DNA from: an uncultured Zetaproteobacteria bacterium
Lineage (GTDB): Bacteria; Pseudomonadota; Zetaproteobacteria; Mariprofundales; Mariprofundaceae
DNA length: 46,932 nucleotides
Direction of reading: 5' to 3'
NCBI GenBank assembly: GCA_964513335.1
Contig: CAZEMN010000002.1
Span: 1-46,932 of the forward strand
Shown: positions 13,050 through 21,980 of the stretch, in pieces
How positions within the stretch are numbered: position 1 is the stretch's first letter
How the letters are laid out: every line of letters starts with the position of its first letter
Made by a program: the position numbers and the translations under genes
The notes under the pieces: generated by a model
What the model was told of the DNA's origin: nothing
What the model saw: the letters and a program-made list of their open reading frames with translations, nothing else
Databases searched by the model: none

Positions 13050-13775
13050 TCATGTAGACAACCCCAGCAGCATAACCATGATAATCGGCCACAGACTGGC
13101 CAGCGTAACCAGCCCGAAACCTTCCAGCCCGGAACGACCTTCGCCGGGCATGACCTGCGAAAGACCCAGCCCAAGCGCCAGGATAATGGGAACGGTCACC
13201 GGCCCCGTGGTCACGGCGCCGGCATCCCATGCGACATTCAGATACCCCGTGCCGTGCCACTGGCTGGCAGTACCAAGAAAAGAAGCCAGCACCAGCGTAG
13301 GGAGAACAATCCGGTAGAGCGGCAGACGCTTGTATATCTTGAACATGCCAAGTGCCAGCCCCACACCGACGCCGAAGCCAATGGCGTGCGGCAAGAGACG
13401 GTTCTTCAGTGGATGACCCGGCATAGCCTCCACACCGGGCGGCGCGGCAAAGGCAAGCGATGCAATTGCCGGCTCAGCAAGCGTTGCACCCCAACCAAGC
13501 AAAAAGGCTATCAGCATCAGGAATTCCAGACGAAAACGCGTCGGCAACAGGGCACCGAGATTCTCGGCCAGTGGCATCAGCCCCATACGAAGCCCTTCAA
13601 GGAACAGCATCAGGCCCAGTACCATCCATCCCAACCCGGCCAATATCTGCAATGGATGTTCAACGGCCTGTTGCAGGACAAGCCACTGAAAAACAAAGAG
13701 GAGCGTCACCACCGGCCACAAACTGCGCAAGACCTCGGAAAATCGCTGGCTGACCAGCCGAATCAGCAATTTCAT
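13050..13775 (-). CDS. DUF1538-family polytopic membrane protein (first of a pair)
   Basis: The 241 aa product is multi-TM and carries AWDAGAVTTGPVTVPIILALGLG, paralogous to 12164-12904. Confidence 0.78.
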   Translation of the reverse strand: MKLLIRLVSQRFSEVLRSLWPVVTLLFVFQWLVLQQAVEHPLQILAGLGWMVLGLMLFLEGLRMGLMPLAENLGALLPTRFRLEFLMLIAFLLGWGATLAEPAIASLAFAAPPGVEAMPGHPLKNRLLPHAIGFGVGVGLALGMFKIYKRLPLYRIVLPTLVLASFLGTASQWHGTGYLNVAWDAGAVTTGPVTVPIILALGLGLSQVMPGEGRSGLEGFGLVTLASLWPIIMVMLLGLST

Positions 13776-13796
13776 TGAAGCAGCGCTTAGCCCGGC

Positions 13797-14306
13797 CTAT
13801 TCCATACGCCGGACGAGATCATGCGTGGACACCACCCGGTCGATAAACAGGATACCGTCGAGGTGATCCACCTCATGCTGAATCACACGAGCCTCAAAAC
13901 CGGATGCTTCCATCTCGTGTGTCTTACCTTGCATGTCCTGGTATTTCAGGTGAATCATTCTGGCCCGCGACACCATGCCAACCCAGTCCGGTACGGAAAG
14001 GCAGCCTTCCCGCCCCAAAATTTCGTCATCTGAATGTTCGATGATTCCCGGATTCACAAGGTGAAGAAGCCCGTGGTTGCGACAGGAATGTCTGGCTACA
14101 GTGCAATCAACAACCACCATACGCCGGTTGTCGCCCAATTGAGGTGCGGCAATACCAACACCGCCCGGCCCGGAACGCATGGCGGTCTCCATATTGGCAA
14201 ACTGTTCGACCAGGTGTTGATCAAACGTAGTAATGGCTTGCGACACTTGCCGCAACCGCGCATCGGGTAAAACGATAATCGAGCGGACTTTCCGCTGGCG
14301 GGCCAT
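13797..14306 (-). CDS. def: Peptide deformylase
   Basis: The 169 aa product carries the motifs GIAAPQLG, EGCLSVP and QHEVDHLDG. Confidence 0.93.
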   Translation of the reverse strand: MARQRKVRSIIVLPDARLRQVSQAITTFDQHLVEQFANMETAMRSGPGGVGIAAPQLGDNRRMVVVDCTVARHSCRNHGLLHLVNPGIIEHSDDEILGREGCLSVPDWVGMVSRARMIHLKYQDMQGKTHEMEASGFEARVIQHEVDHLDGILFIDRVVSTHDLVRRME

Positions 14307-14843
14307 TTAGAGTATCTCTGACTCCATCGGATGAATCTCGATATCAACCTGTAAATGTCCGGACACTTCAGCCAGTTGCTGGCGCATAGCTTCAACCTGA
14401 TCGCCAACAGCAACCTCCAACGCCATCATGTAAACGGGATTCTCTTCTCCCCTCTCACCAAGGCGGGTCGAGAGATCCACAACAGATATATCCAATCCTG
14501 CGAGACAATCTGTAACAGCATGCACGATGCCCGGTTTGTCCGCACCGCTGACGGTCACCACATGGTCCGGCTCCGGCGGCATATGGCGTGCTTCGTCATC
14601 GGTGACAGGCTGGGACTGAACGCTCAAACCCGTCCGTTGCTCCAGATCTGCAAGCGTGGCTTTCAATTCACCAAGCTTGACGTCTTCAGGTAACGATACG
14701 ATCAACATCATGGTAAAACGGCCACGCAGTGCCGTCATGGAGGAGTCATTGATATTGGCATTTACATCCAGCAACGCTTCGGAAACATCGCGGACAATGC
14801 CGGGCCGATCGTGTCCCGATATAGATAACAGTACGAAGTTCAT
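14307..14843 (-). CDS. Tandem ACT-domain protein (GcvR-like)
   Basis: From the internal ATG with a GGAGG SD the product reads MNFVLLSISGHDRPGIVRDVSEAL, with a second unit VVTVSGADKPGIVHAVTDCLAGL. The longer track ORF (to 14978) would overlap iscA. Confidence 0.72.
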   Translation of the reverse strand: MNFVLLSISGHDRPGIVRDVSEALLDVNANINDSSMTALRGRFTMMLIVSLPEDVKLGELKATLADLEQRTGLSVQSQPVTDDEARHMPPEPDHVVTVSGADKPGIVHAVTDCLAGLDISVVDLSTRLGERGEENPVYMMALEVAVGDQVEAMRQQLAEVSGHLQVDIEIHPMESEIL

Positions 14844-14898
14844 GGTTCCTCCCGAAGGTTGGCATGTTAACTGTGGAGACAGCCACACGGCAAGCGTA

Positions 14899-15243
14899 TC
14901 ACACGCTGAAGGAAACCCCGCAACCACATTCGCCTTTTTTATTCGGATTGATGAACACAAAGCCCGACGACAGAGCATCCTGCTGAAAATCCACGGTTAA
15001 TCCCTTCAATGCCTTCTCATAGGATCCGGCATCCACACACAACGAAAAACCATCAAACGGCAACACGAAATCGCCGGTCTTCGGCGTATCAAAGAAATCC
15101 ACCACATATTCCATCCCGGAACACCCGGCCTCTTTCACGGACAAACGAATTCCGGTGCAGCCCTGTTTCAGGCTCTGTTCATGCATCCGTGCAATTGCTG
15201 CGTCTGTCAGCTGAATGTCGGGGCGAATTTTCTTTTTGTTCAT
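14899..15243 (-). CDS. iscA: IscA/HesB-family Fe-S cluster insertion protein
   Basis: The C-terminal CGCG motif (KKGECGCGVSFSV) plus the upstream Cys (EAGCSGMEY) mark the family. The ATG at complement(15241-15243) is preceded by GGAGAAGG. Confidence 0.85.
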   Translation of the reverse strand: MNKKKIRPDIQLTDAAIARMHEQSLKQGCTGIRLSVKEAGCSGMEYVVDFFDTPKTGDFVLPFDGFSLCVDAGSYEKALKGLTVDFQQDALSSGFVFINPNKKGECGCGVSFSV

Positions 15244-15259
15244 ACCTTCTCCGTAAATA

Positions 15260-16396
15260 TCATGCCGCACCCGCCATGGACATCAGCCGTTCGCGGATAC
15301 GAACCAGTTCATCCACCAGCGCAACCACATCTTCCATGGTACTGGACGGACCAAAACTGACACGGAGACTGCTGCGGGACTGCTCATGCGTCGTTCCCAT
15401 AGCCAACAATACATGCGATGGCTCCCGTTCCCCGGAGGAGCAGGCGGAACCTGAAGCAACAGCAAATCCCGCCAGATCCAGTTGCATCAGCAGCGTCTCC
15501 CCTTCCATGCCGGGCACACAGAACATGCTGGTGTTCGGGGTGCGCGATACATTTTCAGAAAATACTGTCACGTCCGGTAACCGGTCATGCAATTTCTGCT
15601 CAAATTCATCCCGTAACGGCTTTAATGCCACAAAATTGATTTGTCCCAAGGCGACGGCAAACCCCACAATCCCGGGAACATTCTCCGTGCCCGATCGCCG
15701 TTTGCGCTCCTGGCCACCGCCGGGTGCCAGCTCATTGATTTTAAGGCCCCGCCGGATCATCAGTGCGCCAACACCTCTGGGACCACCAATCTTGTGTGCG
15801 GAAAGAGAAACAAAGTCGGCATTCCATTCGCGAATATCAATGTTTGTTTTACCCAGGGCCTGGACCGCATCCACCAGAAAGGCCGTTCCATGCTCCCGGC
15901 AAATAGCGCCCACTTCCGCCACTGGCTGAATCGCACCTGTTTCATTGTTGGCGGCCATCAAGGCCACCAGCCGCGTGCGATCATCCATGTGTGCCGCCAC
16001 ATCTTCGGCGCACACCACACCATTTTTACCCGGACGCAGGCGTATGACTTCCCAACCTGCTGTTTCCAGGTATTCCAGCGGGCGTAATACGGATGGATGT
16101 TCAATGGCTGATGTAATCACACGTCCCGGCTTTTGCGCCGAACACCAGCCATGAATGGCCAGGTTGTTAGCCTCGGTGCCGCCGGAAGTAAACACGATTG
16201 AGCCACTCTCCGCACCGATAAATGCGGCCAATTCCTCGCGTGCGTCATCCAGAACCTGCCGGGCGGCACGTCCCGCCCAATGCAGGCTGGAAGGGTTGCC
16301 GAAAGCATGTATGGCAGCCTTGTCCATGGCTGCCAGCACCGAATCTAGCGGTGGGCAGGTGGCGTTATGGTCAAGATACCGTCGCAGCACGCTCAT
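15260..16396 (-). CDS. Cysteine desulfurase (NifS/IscS-like, class I)
   Basis: The 378 aa product contains YLDHNAT, SLSAHKIGGPRGVGAL (PLP lysine) and ASGSACSSGEREPSHVL (active-site Cys loop). Confidence 0.9.
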   Translation of the reverse strand: MSVLRRYLDHNATCPPLDSVLAAMDKAAIHAFGNPSSLHWAGRAARQVLDDAREELAAFIGAESGSIVFTSGGTEANNLAIHGWCSAQKPGRVITSAIEHPSVLRPLEYLETAGWEVIRLRPGKNGVVCAEDVAAHMDDRTRLVALMAANNETGAIQPVAEVGAICREHGTAFLVDAVQALGKTNIDIREWNADFVSLSAHKIGGPRGVGALMIRRGLKINELAPGGGQERKRRSGTENVPGIVGFAVALGQINFVALKPLRDEFEQKLHDRLPDVTVFSENVSRTPNTSMFCVPGMEGETLLMQLDLAGFAVASGSACSSGEREPSHVLLAMGTTHEQSRSSLRVSFGPSSTMEDVVALVDELVRIRERLMSMAGAA

Positions 16397-16877
16397 GCAT
16401 CACGACTCCCGATTCCTGGGTTTCAGCCTGTAGATAATGATCCACGGGCGCAAGTTCCACCGTATCCAGATGTACGCGTTTCTCGCACACATCCTCCAGC
16501 GTCACCACATCCAGAAAGCGATAGATATGTTGGCCCAGGGAGTCCCATAATTCATGGGTATCACAACGATGGCCGCGATGACAACCCCGCAGGGCATTGA
16601 CGCAAAGTGTAGCCCGAATCTGTTCGTCCACGGCACGGATTGTCTCGGCCACGGAAATTTCCGAAGGTTCCCGGTTCAGTAAATATCCACCACCGGGACC
16701 ACGCACACTTTTCACCAGTCCACTTTCACGCAAACGCCGGAAAAGCTGCTCAAGATACGACAGTGATATAAACTGACGCTCGGAAATCGCCGCCAGATTG
16801 ACCGGCCCGCCATGCTGATGTTTGGTCAAATCCACCATGGCTGACACCGCATAACGACCCTTACTCGTTAAACGCAT
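16371..16877 (-). CDS. iscR: Rrf2-family transcriptional regulator, IscR-like
   Basis: The product starts MRLTSKGRYAVSAMVDL, has an HTH, and carries a Cys cluster (C..C....C region LCVNALRGCHRGHRC). It lies directly upstream of the desulfurase gene. Confidence 0.85.
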   Translation of the reverse strand: MRLTSKGRYAVSAMVDLTKHQHGGPVNLAAISERQFISLSYLEQLFRRLRESGLVKSVRGPGGGYLLNREPSEISVAETIRAVDEQIRATLCVNALRGCHRGHRCDTHELWDSLGQHIYRFLDVVTLEDVCEKRVHLDTVELAPVDHYLQAETQESGVVMHERAATVS

Positions 16878-16938
16878 ACACGCTCCCTTTACAAGCTCTT
16901 TAAAAATAATACCTGAGTAATGACAGGGGGTATTCTAT

Positions 16939-16963
16939 ATACTTGACTATTTTAGTCAAGTAT
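16939..16963. promoter_or_regulatory. IscR type-1 binding site (perfect dyad) upstream of iscR
   Basis: ATACTTGACTATTTTAGTCAAGTAT matches every position of the published type-1 consensus ATASYYGACTRWWWYAGTCRRSTAT. A half-matching second 25-mer (ATACCTGAGTAATGACAGGGGGTAT) lies at 16909-16933. Confidence 0.7.
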
Positions 16964-16982
16964 TAATAGGGAGTGCGAAAAA

Positions 16983-17735
16983 TCAAATGCCCCCGCCACC
17001 GAGAAAGCGGTCCAGGTCTAAATGTTCCTTTTTCATATCCTTTTCAACATCCTGCATATGACCCTTCTTTTTCCTGGCTTCGGGATGGATTTCGTCAATG
17101 CGTTCATTCACATCGTCAACCAGTTTCAATACATGCCGCAGCGCCTCCGCTACCGGGTTTGGCATAAGATGATGGTCCAGATTGATTTTACCGCCCTCAA
17201 TGATGGTTTCGGTCGTACCGACGATCATGCCGGGGATGCCGATCACCGTGGAATGCGCGGGCACATCCTGCAATACCACCGAATTGGCCCCAATCCGGGT
17301 CTGTTCACCAATGGTAATCGCACCCAGGACCTTGGCGCCCGCGCCAATAATAACACCGTCCTCCAGCGTGGGATGACGCTTCTTCTTCTGCCATGTCGTA
17401 CCGCCCAGCGTTACGCCGTGATACAGCGTCACATCATCACCGATTTCGGTTGTTTCACCGATGACTACGCCCATGCCATGATCAATAAAGAAACGCCGGC
17501 CAATGGTGGCGCCCGGATGGATTTCGATACCGGTCAGCCAGCGGGTAAGGTGCGATAAAAGCCGCCCCAATAGGCGTAACCGATGCAGCCACAACCAATG
17601 AGCCATTCGAAACATCCAGATCGCATGCAGGCCGGGATAGGCTGTAACAACCTCCAGCGTTGAACGCGCAGCCGGGTCACGGTCAAAGGCGCTGGCGACA
17701 TCTTCTTTCAGGTAATTCCACAATTTCATAGCCAT
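16983..17735 (-). CDS. cysE: Serine O-acetyltransferase
   Basis: The 250 aa product has hexapeptide repeats ([44 protein letters not shown]) and a C-terminal GGGGI ending in Ile. Confidence 0.92.
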   Translation of the reverse strand: MAMKLWNYLKEDVASAFDRDPAARSTLEVVTAYPGLHAIWMFRMAHWLWLHRLRLLGRLLSHLTRWLTGIEIHPGATIGRRFFIDHGMGVVIGETTEIGDDVTLYHGVTLGGTTWQKKKRHPTLEDGVIIGAGAKVLGAITIGEQTRIGANSVVLQDVPAHSTVIGIPGMIVGTTETIIEGGKINLDHHLMPNPVAEALRHVLKLVDDVNERIDEIHPEARKKKGHMQDVEKDMKKEHLDLDRFLGGGGI

Positions 17736-17761
17736 GGTAGCGGCACTGTAACCACGCAGCC

Positions 17762-19027
17762 CTATAGCTGCAAACCTGCCTGCAAATCCTCCGGCAGGAA
17801 ACTCAGGGCTTTACCGGAACCACTGAAACTCCACAGCGCCGGTGTACCAAGGTGGGCCTCTACCCATGCACCAAGCGTTTCGATCTCAACCTGTTGCACA
17901 CGCTCCACCCATTCGTCTTGTGGCTGTATCGATCCCTCATCAAAGCGCGCACCCAGATGCAGCATATTAGCATCCGTGGAATCCATGCCCATGCGCATCG
18001 AAACCTCCAGTTGCCGTTTGGCTCGCCGCAAATCCAGGGGATTCAGCACATCACAAAATGAACTAAAAACTTCCCGGATCACGCGCGTGCACTCTCCCAG
18101 CCGGTCAGGGTCGGTGCTGGCACTGATGGTCCAGGTTCCCGTATCACTCAGACTGGAGAGGTGTGAACCAATGCCATAGGCCAAGCCACGCTTCTCGCGC
18201 ACTTCACGAAATAACCGTGAACTCATGCCTCCACCCAACATCTGATTGGCCAGCCACGCAACAGGCCGTTCATCCGATGCCGACGCAATGCCGGGAAAGG
18301 AACACACGATATGCGCCTGCTCATCGTCACGTTCCAGCTTCTGAACACCGGCGTTCATACGCGGCATTTCACGTTCCATGCTCTGACTTGCCTGTGGCCA
18401 GTGATAGTGATTCAAATGCTCCAGCAATGCCGCATGCTCCACGCATCCCGCGGCGGTAATCAGCATGCGGGGTGGGCGATATCGGCTCTCAAGAAAAGTA
18501 TGAAGCTCATTTCTGCCAAGGTTCGAAAGTGTTTCGCGGGTGCCCAGAATAGGCCGTCCCATGGCCTGACCGGAAAACAATGCTTCAACGTGCCGGTCAA
18601 ACACCCAGTCCTCCGGCACATCTTCCGCCATGGCCATTTCAGAAAAAATAACCTCGCGTTCCCGCTGCCATTCATCTTCTGGCAATGCTGGTGTAAGCAC
18701 CATGGAACACAGTACAGACACCGCTTTTTGCCAATCCTCGCGCAATACACGTATGTGGAAACAGGTGTGTTCGCGGGCGGTAAATGCATTGGCTGTGCCA
18801 CCAAGCTCATCCAGTAGTTCACTCAACTTGTGAACATCATGCTCGCGGGTTCCCTTGAACAACATATGTTCCAGCGCATGTGCGATACCCGCTTGTGCAT
18901 CACTTTCGTCGCGGCTGCCAACATTCAGAAAAATTCCTATGGATACCGTCTGCGTGTCTGGCATGGCATGTGTAATCAACAGCGGGCCATTCTGAATCTG
19001 TGTTTCACGAATGGGGGATGTACTCAT
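17762..19027 (-). CDS. M16 (pitrilysin/insulinase) family zinc peptidase
   Basis: The 421 aa product carries an inverted zinc motif HxxEH ([10 protein letters not shown]). Confidence 0.85.
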   Translation of the reverse strand: MSTSPIRETQIQNGPLLITHAMPDTQTVSIGIFLNVGSRDESDAQAGIAHALEHMLFKGTREHDVHKLSELLDELGGTANAFTAREHTCFHIRVLREDWQKAVSVLCSMVLTPALPEDEWQREREVIFSEMAMAEDVPEDWVFDRHVEALFSGQAMGRPILGTRETLSNLGRNELHTFLESRYRPPRMLITAAGCVEHAALLEHLNHYHWPQASQSMEREMPRMNAGVQKLERDDEQAHIVCSFPGIASASDERPVAWLANQMLGGGMSSRLFREVREKRGLAYGIGSHLSSLSDTGTWTISASTDPDRLGECTRVIREVFSSFCDVLNPLDLRRAKRQLEVSMRMGMDSTDANMLHLGARFDEGSIQPQDEWVERVQQVEIETLGAWVEAHLGTPALWSFSGSGKALSFLPEDLQAGLQL

Positions 19028-19073
19028 CCATTAACTCCTAACTCGACTCGGCCGGAACCAAATAGAAAAATAT

Positions 19074-19230
19074 TGAACCACAAAGACACCAAGGCACAAA
19101 GTAAAGACATCCCTTGTTTCATGATCTGTACAGGCACCTTCCAGCAAATTAACTCGCACCAGCCCTAAGGAAGTGCTGACAAATTCACTCTGTTCATCCT
19201 ACGTTCTTCGTGTCTTTGTGCCTTTGTGGT
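19074..19230. repeat. Imperfect inverted repeat built from CACAAAG/ACACNAAG octamer units, flanking about 105 bp (family 3)
   Basis: The left arm is accacaaagacaccaaggcacaaag. The reverse complement of the right arm is accacaaaggcacaaagacacgaag. Both use the same 8-mer units in permuted order. Confidence 0.5.
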
Positions 19231-19273
19231 AAAACATCTTCCGCATTTCCATTGGATTTTGGATATAATATCC

Positions 19274-19307
19274 CAAAAGAGAAGGAGGCGGAAAACCCGC
19301 CTCCTTC
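19274..19307 (-). terminator. Intrinsic terminator downstream of pnp
   Basis: On the minus strand, GAAGGAGGCGG-gtttt-CCGCCTCCTTC (11-bp perfect stem) is followed by tcttttggg. Confidence 0.65.
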
Positions 19308-19331
19308 TTCCCCCGCCCCACTCCGGATAAA

Positions 19332-21443
19332 TCAGGCTTCTTCAGCAACGTCCTCTTCCAGCAGCGCCTTCATGGACAAGCGAATGCGGCCATTGCGGTC
19401 CACATCCAGCACCTTGACGCGCACTTCCTGACCTTCCTTCAACTCGTCGGACACTTTTTCAACACGATGGTTGGCAATCTGTGAGATATGAACCAGCCCG
19501 TCCGTGCTTCCAACAACGCGCACAAAAGCGCCGAAGTCCATCAGTTTAACCACTTTCCCAGTATAAACCGTGCCGACTTCCACCTCAGCCACGATATCCT
19601 CGATCATCTTCTTTGCCGCATTTCCTGCATCGCCGGTCACCGCAAATATTTTGATCGTGCCATCGTCCTCAATGTCCACCTTGGCACCGGTTTCTTCAAC
19701 GATACCGCGAATCACCTTGCCGCCGGCACCGATGACTTCACGAATCTTGTCCGCCTTGATTTTCATGGTGAACATGCGCGGTGCATGATCGGCAATGCTG
19801 GCACGTGGCGCATCAATGCACTTAGCCATTTCATCCAGAATATGCATGCGGCCCGCATGCGCCTGTGCCAGTGCTTCCTTCATGATCTCACGGGTTAACC
19901 CGCCAATCTTGATATCCAGTTGCAGCGTGGTAACGCCATCCCGGGTTCCAGCCACCTTGAAATCCATATCACCCAGATGATCTTCATCGCCAAGAATGTC
20001 GGTCAACACGGCATATCCATCGGATTCCAGAATCAGACCCATGGCGATGCCGGCCACAGCCGCTTTCACCGGTACGCCCGCATCCATCAGCGCCAGCGAG
20101 GTGCCGCAGACGGAGGCCATGGAAGATGAACCGTTGGATTCGGTAATTTCCGATACCGAACGGATGGCATAACCGAAATCGTCCGCACTCGGAAGCACGG
20201 CTTCAATACCCCGCCGTGCGAGACGTCCGTGACCGATTTCACGACGCCCCGGAGGACCCATGCGACGTGCTTCCCCGACGGAATACGGCGGAAAATTGTA
20301 GTGCAACATGAAGCGCTGTTTGGCCACGCCTTCCAGCGATTCGGTCAACTGCATATCAGAGTCAGTACCCAGTGTGATGATGACCATCGCCTGCGTCTCA
20401 CCGCGTGTAAACAGGGCGGAACCGTGCGTGCGCGGCAGTACCCCGACCTGACAATCAATGGCGCGCACCTGATCGGTGGCGCGGCCATCAATACGCGGGT
20501 TCCCGGCAATAATAGAACGGCGAACCACGCTCTTCTCCAGGCTCTTCACAGCAGAGGTCACATCATTGGCGGAGAATTCACCTGGTTCTTCTTCCGTGCC
20601 CGCCAGCTTTTCCTGTGCCGCAGCACGAATTCCTTCCACCTTGGCGGAACGGACTGATTTATCAACAATCGAATACGCCTCACGCACATCAGCTTCAAAC
20701 GCAGCACTTACTGCTTCCTGCACGGCATCATTACCCGCCAGTTCAACGGCCAGCTTCTCTTTCCCGGCCGCCGCGACCAAAGCGTCAATAGCATCGAGCA
20801 CCGGCTGATATCCTTCCTGCCCGAAAGTAATCGCATCAATCATCTGCTCTTCGGAAAGTTCTTTGGCTTCGGATTCAATCATCAAAACCGCATCACGCGT
20901 ACCCGCCACGATTAAATCCAGATCGGATGTTTCCATCTGCGCATAGGTGGGGTTCAACACAAACTCGCCATCAATCAGTCCTACACGGGAAGCTGCAATC
21001 GGCCCGTTAAACGGGACATCGGAAATCGCCAGCGCAGCGGAGGCGCCATTGAGTGCAACAATATCCGGATTGTTGTCTTCGTCAGCGGAAATAACCGTGG
21101 CAACGACCTGTGTCTCGTGAAAATACCCTTTGGGAAACAACGGACGGATCGGACGATCAATCAGGCGGGAAGTCAGCGTTTCCTTCTCGCTGGGGCGGCC
21201 CTCACGCTTGAGGAATCCACCCAAAAAACGTCCGGCTGCATAGGTTTTTTCCTGATAATGGACGGTGAGCGGCATAAAATCCACACCTTGCAGAGGCTGC
21301 TTGGCCGCGGTAGCCGCAACCAGCAGCACCACATCACCGTATTGAATGGTAACAGCGCCACCGGCCTGACGGGCGATACGCCCGGTTTCCATGGAGAGTT
21401 CACGGCCAGCAATCGTGGCCGTACTTTTTTTGATATCAAACAT
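19332..21443 (-). CDS. pnp: Polyribonucleotide nucleotidyltransferase (PNPase)
   Basis: The 703 aa product has two RNase PH domains plus KH and S1 domains, and sits downstream of rpsO. Confidence 0.97.
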   Translation of the reverse strand: MFDIKKSTATIAGRELSMETGRIARQAGGAVTIQYGDVVLLVAATAAKQPLQGVDFMPLTVHYQEKTYAAGRFLGGFLKREGRPSEKETLTSRLIDRPIRPLFPKGYFHETQVVATVISADEDNNPDIVALNGASAALAISDVPFNGPIAASRVGLIDGEFVLNPTYAQMETSDLDLIVAGTRDAVLMIESEAKELSEEQMIDAITFGQEGYQPVLDAIDALVAAAGKEKLAVELAGNDAVQEAVSAAFEADVREAYSIVDKSVRSAKVEGIRAAAQEKLAGTEEEPGEFSANDVTSAVKSLEKSVVRRSIIAGNPRIDGRATDQVRAIDCQVGVLPRTHGSALFTRGETQAMVIITLGTDSDMQLTESLEGVAKQRFMLHYNFPPYSVGEARRMGPPGRREIGHGRLARRGIEAVLPSADDFGYAIRSVSEITESNGSSSMASVCGTSLALMDAGVPVKAAVAGIAMGLILESDGYAVLTDILGDEDHLGDMDFKVAGTRDGVTTLQLDIKIGGLTREIMKEALAQAHAGRMHILDEMAKCIDAPRASIADHAPRMFTMKIKADKIREVIGAGGKVIRGIVEETGAKVDIEDDGTIKIFAVTGDAGNAAKKMIEDIVAEVEVGTVYTGKVVKLMDFGAFVRVVGSTDGLVHISQIANHRVEKVSDELKEGQEVRVKVLDVDRNGRIRLSMKALLEEDVAEEA

Positions 21444-21501
21444 GTATTTTCCTTTGTGGAATCACATCAGGAACATGGAACAGAAACAGCTTAGAGCAAC
21501 G

Positions 21502-21538
21502 AAAAAGCGGCCCGCTCCTGAATACAGAACCGGGCCGC
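21502..21538 (-). terminator. rpsO terminator / pnp leader hairpin
   Basis: On the minus strand, GCGGCCCG...CGGGCCGC is followed by TTTTT, in the rpsO-pnp intergenic region. Confidence 0.55.
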
Positions 21539-21550
21539 TCGAATGGGCAA

Positions 21551-21820
21551 TTAACGGCGCAATCCCAGACCATCAATAAGGGTGCGGTAACGATTGAAAT
21601 CCTTGGTTTTCAAGTAATTCAGCATATTACGGCGGGTGCCAACCATCTTCAGCAAACCCCGGCGGGAATGATGATCCTTGTGGTGCGCCTTGAAGTGTTC
21701 GCTTAAACCATTGATGCGCGCTGTAAGCAGCGCGACCTGCACTTCGGGAGAACCTGTATCACCCTCGTGCGTAGCGAATTTATTTATAATCTCGTTTTTC
21801 TGTTCCAAATCCAGCGACAT
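21551..21820 (-). CDS. rpsO: 30S ribosomal protein S15
   Basis: From the internal ATG the 89 aa product reads [33 protein letters not shown]...GLRR. The longer track ORF is an upstream extension. Confidence 0.95.
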   Translation of the reverse strand: MSLDLEQKNEIINKFATHEGDTGSPEVQVALLTARINGLSEHFKAHHKDHHSRRGLLKMVGTRRNMLNYLKTKDFNRYRTLIDGLGLRR

Positions 21821-21980
21821 GAATCCAGCTTTCCTTTTCAATTTTTTCCTTGTTATAGGGCGGCGAACCATAGCGCCAAGAAACCGGCCTTGCAATGCCT
21901 GATGAGCACCCAAAAAAGACCTCTCCCAACTTACCTGATGATTTTCTTATATCCTGCTCTGTCTGTCATTTACTAATGTT

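Noticed and set aside
19257-19278. The small palindrome TTTTGGATATAATATCCCAAAA contains a TATAAT sequence.
   Set aside because: It abuts the pnp terminator T-tract. No matching -35 or obvious downstream target was identified, so it could be chance in AT-rich spacer DNA.
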